Shown: positions 48,247 through 52,257 of the stretch, piece after piece | How the letters are laid out: each line of letters opens with the position of its first letter | How positions within the stretch are numbered: the first letter of the stretch is position 1 | Assembly (NCBI GenBank): GCA_028286585.1 | Contig: JAQBRI010000001.1 | Location: forward strand, 1 to 52,257 | Direction of reading: 5' to 3' | Length of the DNA: 52,257 bases | Origin: Candidatus Kaiserbacteria bacterium | GTDB lineage: Bacteria > Patescibacteriota > Minisyncoccia > Phycocordibacterales > UBA2100 | Position numbers and translations under genes: made by a program | Notes under the pieces: model-generated | Database searches by the model: none | What the model saw: the letters and a program-made list of their open reading frames with translations, nothing else | What the model was told of the DNA's origin: nothing

Positions 48247-48810
48247 ATGAAAAAAATAATAAAAGCAGTAACACACTCCATTCCGTTTGCAGTGTGTGTG
48301 CTTGGGCTAGGGATGACACTTTATGTTGTACAGCAGCAGTGGATACGTCAGTCATTTAACGATTATCAAATGGAGGTTGCGACCGATGTCGCAAGATCGC
48401 TCAAGTCTGGCGCGAATCCGTCATTTATTATTCCCAACAAGTCGGTTATCCCGACAGACATACTTGCAAGTCGCTCAGCATGGATTGTTGTTCTGGACGA
48501 AAGCGGCAGCATGGTGGACACGACAGCAAACATGGGAGGTCAGCCTGTTCATCTTCCAGACGGGATATTAGGTTTTGCAAAAGCCCATGGTACCGATGTA
48601 GTAACTTGGCAGCCAAACGCTACGACTCGTCAGGCAATTGTAGTTATCTATGAACCAACATCAAAACTGTATGTTGTTACCGGAAAATCAATGATAGATA
48701 TCGAAAGCCATATTGCGCAAATGGGTGTACTTGTTGCGATTGGCATGTGTATCACCATCGCGGGAGTGTACGTAGTAAATTTTCTTCTGGTTGTTTCTAA
48801 AAAGATATGA
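48247..48810 (+). CDS. Hypothetical protein with N- and C-terminal TM helices
   Basis: ATG 48247 (MKKIIKAVTHSIPFAVCVLGLG...) lies 4 nt after the upstream stop. The ORF-track start at 48157 overlaps the previous gene. Confidence 0.5.
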   Translation: MKKIIKAVTHSIPFAVCVLGLGMTLYVVQQQWIRQSFNDYQMEVATDVARSLKSGANPSFIIPNKSVIPTDILASRSAWIVVLDESGSMVDTTANMGGQPVHLPDGILGFAKAHGTDVVTWQPNATTRQAIVVIYEPTSKLYVVTGKSMIDIESHIAQMGVLVAIGMCITIAGVYVVNFLLVVSKKI

Positions 48811-49352
48811 CACCCGTATTAGAATCCGCCGTGTTTGGAGGTGGATGCTTTTGGTGCACAGAAGCAGTGTTTACAATGCTCAAAGGAGTTACAAAGGTTA
48901 TGCCTGGATACACCGGCGGCCAAATAGAAAATCCTACATACGATCAGGTGTGTAGTGGAAAAACTGGGCACGTAGAAGTTGTGCATATTACCTATGATCC
49001 AAGCATCGTGCCGTATAAAACATTGTTAACAATCTTCTTTGGCAGTCACGATCCAACAACACCAAACAGGCAGGGCAATGACGTTGGTACCCAGTATCGA
49101 TCTGTTGTTTTTTATACTACTCCAGAACAAAAGGCCGAGGCCGAACAGTTTATCAGCGACATCAACGCATCAGCTCACGAAGGGGATCCAATAGTGACCA
49201 CTGTCGAACCATTAGGAAAGTTTTATGAAGCAGAAGATTATCATCAAAACTATTTTGCACGCAACAAGGGTGCATCGTACTGCCAAATAGTAATCAATCC
49301 AAAATTGCAGCATGTTGTGGAGGAATTTGGGGCATTATTGAAAACAACATAA
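48807..49352 (+). CDS. msrA: Peptide-methionine (S)-S-oxide reductase
   Basis: GGGCFWCTEAVF active site and EDYHQNYF. ATGA start/stop overlap with the upstream gene. Confidence 0.93.
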   Translation: MTPVLESAVFGGGCFWCTEAVFTMLKGVTKVMPGYTGGQIENPTYDQVCSGKTGHVEVVHITYDPSIVPYKTLLTIFFGSHDPTTPNRQGNDVGTQYRSVVFYTTPEQKAEAEQFISDINASAHEGDPIVTTVEPLGKFYEAEDYHQNYFARNKGASYCQIVINPKLQHVVEEFGALLKTT

Positions 49353-49490
49353 TTTTACCAAACTCATCGACATACAGACTCGAAAGAACGCTGTATTTTT
49401 CTGCTGAAAAATCAGCTCCCTCTCGTGCCGTCGCACTCCGAGAGTCTTTCTCACCTGTACGTCTCGGCGAGTTTGGTACATACTATATCT

Positions 49491-49907
49491 ATGCCAAAAA
49501 ACGAAGATGAATGGAAAGAAAAGTTGAATGAGGAGCAATACAAAGTGTTGCGTGAAAAGGGAACCGAACCGGCGTTTACCGGCAAGTTGTTGCATGAGAC
49601 ACGCGAAGGTACCTACAACTGTGCAGCATGCGGCAATCCACTCTTTAAAAGTGATGCAAAGTTTGAATCAGGCACAGGATGGCCAAGTTTTGATCAGGCA
49701 ATTCCAGGGAGCGTTGTCGAGACATCAGATGACTCGTTTGGTATGCGTCGCACCGAAATCACATGTGCGACCTGCGGATCACATCTTGGCCATGTCTTTC
49801 CCGATGGTCCAACAAAAACTGGCAAGCGATATTGCCTTAATTCGGTCTGTCTCGACCTCGATGCAGAACCAAAATCGGGTTCTACGGAGGCCGAAGCTGG
49901 AGCATAA
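49491..49907 (+). CDS. msrB: Peptide-methionine (R)-S-oxide reductase
   Basis: EQYKVLREKGTEPAFTG, CAACGNPLF...CATCGSHLGHVF (two CxxC), RYCLNS. ATG 49491 is preferred over GTG 49425. Confidence 0.92.
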   Translation: MPKNEDEWKEKLNEEQYKVLREKGTEPAFTGKLLHETREGTYNCAACGNPLFKSDAKFESGTGWPSFDQAIPGSVVETSDDSFGMRRTEITCATCGSHLGHVFPDGPTKTGKRYCLNSVCLDLDAEPKSGSTEAEAGA

Positions 49908-50070
49908 GCCTGCTTCACTAAAATAGTCCCTTTTGCGGTAGGGGATAACTCGCTTGCATTATTTAAACAATAGGGTACTATATTAGGGAATGTACGCTTT
50001 TTGGGTATTGTAATGATACACAAGAGGGTTGATCGAGACATGTTTACACATACAATACACAGAAAACACA

Positions 50071-50403
50071 ATGGCAACTAAGCTTTATGTAGGTGGTTTG
50101 CCTTACGCAACCACTGAAGATGAACTTCGCTCAGCATTCGCTGGCGCAGGCAACGTTACTTCTGTAGCTATCATCATGGACAAGATGACAGGCCGCTCGA
50201 AAGGGTTTGGCTTCGTCGAAATGTCTTCTGATGCAGAAGCTCAGACAGCAGTCGAAACTATGCACGGAAAGGATTTTGGTGGCCGAACTCTCACAGTAAG
50301 TGAAGCTCGTCCTCTCGAAGACCGACCTCGCACAGGTGGCAACGGTGGTGGAGGCAATCGCTTTGGCGGTAGCAGCGACCGCGGTCCTCGAAACTGGAAC
50401 TAA
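50071..50403 (+). CDS. RRM-type RNA-binding protein with a Gly-rich tail
   Basis: RNP2 KLYVGGL, RNP1 KGFGFVEM, and tail GGNGGGGNRFGGSSDRG. Confidence 0.88.
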   Translation: MATKLYVGGLPYATTEDELRSAFAGAGNVTSVAIIMDKMTGRSKGFGFVEMSSDAEAQTAVETMHGKDFGGRTLTVSEARPLEDRPRTGGNGGGGNRFGGSSDRGPRNWN

Positions 50404-50429
50404 CCTTCCAATTCGATCGCACACAAAAA

Positions 50430-50450
50430 CCCCACGCAAGTGGGGTTTTT
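50430..50450 (+). terminator. Intrinsic terminator
   Basis: CCCCAC-GCAA-GTGGGG followed by TTTTT. Confidence 0.8.
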
Positions 50451-50528
50451 GTTATACATACTTATCCCCAGCGCCTCTTAAAAATAAGGAAATTATGGCG
50501 ATGTGCGGTGCTAGAATTACATCAAACT

Positions 50529-52257
50529 ATGAAGTCTCTCAGCACTCTAAAACACTACATGTTTTCCGGGAGATGGATGTTCTCTTTTATAATTTTTTTG
50601 TCCCCAGTATTTGCCTTTGCCACCACGTACACTCCCGGCCAAACCCTTGATCCAAGTTGTACGCCATCCGACCCAACCTGTCTCGTCGTTGGCCCGGCAA
50701 CAAATGTCGCAGGAATATTTACCGCAACAAGCACAACGCAAGCCTCGACATTTCCATACGCATCATCAACTGCGCTCACTGTCGTTAACTTCTTTGGTAC
50801 CAATGCTCAAATATTTGGCTCCTCCACCATTGGCAATGGTACGCAAGTGGGTGGGCTTACTATCTCGGGCGGGGCGACGACAACAGGGCAGTCGCTTTTC
50901 ACGAGCGCGAACTTTCCAGTCATTAAGGTTCAGCGGACATTCACAACGGGCCTGGGGGTCCTGAACACGGTAGCTACATTTGATAAATACTCATCCAGTG
51001 GCGGAATGGCCGACGGCTTCGGTCCGGGCATCGGCCTTACCATCAGTACCGTTGGCTCGGAGAATAACCTCATTGCGCGGGTCGGCGCGGTACGCGACGG
51101 TGCAGACAATTCAGGCAAACTATCGTTCGCGACGTACAACGCCGGGGTCTCAAGCGAGAACATGGTAATCACCTCTGCCGGCAACGTCGGCATCGGTACC
51201 ACAACTCCGTGGGGTAAGCTTTCAGTTTCTGCAGCCGCCAACGCATCTAGTCCGCAGTTTGTTGTTGCTTCAACAACTGCGGTGAGTTTCATGGTTGATA
51301 AAAGTGGAAATGTTGGGGTTGGAACGACAACGCCAGATGCAAAGGTTGCAATTAGTGGAGATGCGCAAGGAGCGGTTAATTCAAATCTATTATTCCATGT
51401 CGGAGATACTGCTGCTCGAGCACTTACAGGCAGCGTGGCACAGATTATAAATAACTCACAATCACCGGGAGGACTTGAAGTACGTACTACACAAGCTAAT
51501 TCATTCAATGATGCGCGCATACTTGTTGTTGCCAATGACGGTTCATACTTGGGCATGGGTCAAGCGAGTTCCATATACGCAGGTAGTAACATATTCGGAA
51601 GCCCTCGCGCCTCTACATCATTCATATTCAACAGTTCAGGAAACGAGGGAGGTGCCGTACGCGACCTAGCAATAGGAACTGTAAATGCGAAAGATTTAAT
51701 CTTGGGTACAAATAATGCTGAGAGTATGCGAATCAAATCGGGCGGCTTCGTCGGCATCGGCACCTCCACCCCCACCGCCCAACTCTCAACCACCGGAACG
51801 GTCAGATTCAGTAACTTCGGCGCAGGAACCCTCACAACAGACGCCAGTGGTAACCTCTCAGTCTCCTCAGACGAAAGACTCAAAAACATCGACGGACAGT
51901 TCACTCGCGGACTCTCAGACATCATGAAGCTCTCACCCATTAGTTACCACTGGAATCAACTCTCCGGACTCGATACCACCACCTCCTACTCTGGCTTCTC
52001 TGCACAAAACGTACAAACTGCTATTCCAGAAGCAGTTGGCTCAAGTACCAATGGATTCCTCACCCTCCAAGACCGTCCGATTCTTGCTGCAACCGTGAAT
52101 GCGATTAAGGATATTGGAAGTGTTACGGGGATATTCAAAGATGGTCTTGTTACATTTCTTATCGGTTGGTTAGGGGATTCGAATAACCATCTCTCAACAA
52201 TTCATACTGACCGACTGTGTGTAGGCAATACTTGTCTCAACGAATCTCAGATACAGC
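50529..52257 (+). CDS. Secreted tail-fibre-like repeat protein with a C-terminal peptidase S74 intramolecular-chaperone domain (3' end off-window)
   Basis: A frame with no stop runs from ATG 50529 to the window end. It is absent from the ORF track, presumably because no stop codon is reached. Signal peptide MKSLSTLKHYMFSGRWMFSFIIFLSPVFAFA. Three G-x-V-G-(I/V)-G-T-(T/S)-T-P repeats. SSDERLKNIDG...LSPISYHWN...LQDRPILAATVNAIKDIG. Confidence 0.8.
   Translation, partial: MKSLSTLKHYMFSGRWMFSFIIFLSPVFAFATTYTPGQTLDPSCTPSDPTCLVVGPATNVAGIFTATSTTQASTFPYASSTALTVVNFFGTNAQIFGSSTIGNGTQVGGLTISGGATTTGQSLFTSANFPVIKVQRTFTTGLGVLNTVATFDKYSSSGGMADGFGPGIGLTISTVGSENNLIARVGAVRDGADNSGKLSFATYNAGVSSENMVITSAGNVGIGTTTPWGKLSVSAAANASSPQFVVASTTAVSFMVDKSGNVGVGTTTPDAKVAISGDAQGAVNSNLLFHVGDTAARALTGSVAQIINNSQSPGGLEVRTTQANSFNDARILVVANDGSYLGMGQASSIYAGSNIFGSPRASTSFIFNSSGNEGGAVRDLAIGTVNAKDLILGTNNAESMRIKSGGFVGIGTSTPTAQLSTTGTVRFSNFGAGTLTTDASGNLSVSSDERLKNIDGQFTRGLSDIMKLSPISYHWNQLSGLDTTTSYSGFSAQNVQTAIPEAVGSSTNGFLTLQDRPILAATVNAIKDIGSVTGIFKDGLVTFLIGWLGDSNNHLSTIHTDRLCVGNTCLNESQIQ
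51874..52150 (+). repeat. Diverged duplicate of window nt 1-277 (S74 domain coding sequence)
   Basis: By-eye alignment shows 11 mismatches in the first ~137 nt, one 3-nt indel later, and the same reading frame. Confidence 0.85.

Noticed and set aside
50930-51940. Minus-strand ORFs 50930..51556 and 51560..51940, the longest listed ORFs near the right end
   Set aside because: The plus-strand frame from 50529 is open to the window end and encodes a signal peptide, GxVGIGTTTP repeats and an S74 domain homologous to nt 1-551. The minus-strand ORFs are shadows of this Gly/Thr/Ala-rich gene.
50529-52257. Prophage interpretation of the tail-fibre-like genes
   Set aside because: No capsid, portal, terminase, baseplate, integrase or lysis genes occur in the window. 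The protein has a Sec-type signal peptide. The neighbours are msrAB, an RRM protein and an oxidoreductase next to rpoBC.

Overview
The window is mostly chromosomal housekeeping DNA from a small-genome bacterium using the standard genetic code (long ORFs are intact with UGA as stop). A Patescibacteria/CPR-like origin is my inference only, based on short ValRS and ATPase delta proteins, fragmentary operons and tail-fibre-like surface proteins. Recognised genes, in order:
- HI0933-type flavoprotein
- rpoB-rpoC, then dnaG-rpoD
- RecB-like PD-(D/E)XK nuclease
- valS-prsW-hsp20 on the minus strand
- two tandem atypical histidine phosphatases
- tsaD and an MsbA-like ABC exporter
- a tRNA-rich accessory stretch (tRNA-Val, kinase-like gene, small ORFs, tRNA-Ser, a 204-aa OB-less DNA-ligase-like gene, tRNA-Glu(UUC), an AT-rich orphan ORF)
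- greA, pyrF with a convergent OPRT-like gene, a peptidoglycan-binding protein, a TMEM175-like channel, purF
- a short dcw block (mraZ-rsmH-ftsL-ftsI-murF)
- an orphan tRNA-Glu 5' half followed by an intact tRNA-Glu(CUC)
- a small accessory block (membrane protein, GNAT, secreted protein, Cys-rich ParB-like protein)
- atpB, a 290-nt gap, then atpEFHAG with no atpD or atpC
- M29 aminopeptidase, a canonical histidine phosphatase, two membrane proteins, msrA, msrB, an RRM RNA-binding protein

Both window ends carry diverged copies of the same tail-fibre-like peptidase S74 autochaperone domain.

I found no CRISPR array, transposase, integrase, or rRNA gene. The items most worth follow-up are:
- the tRNA-Glu half fused to a structured tail
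- the OB-less ligase-like gene
- the orphan Cys-rich ParB-like gene with upstream direct repeats
- the split atp locus with a structured atpB-atpE spacer
- the seven 10-bp-phased TG(G/T) boxes upstream of mraZ

All calls come from reading the sequence and ORF translations by eye; no database search was run.
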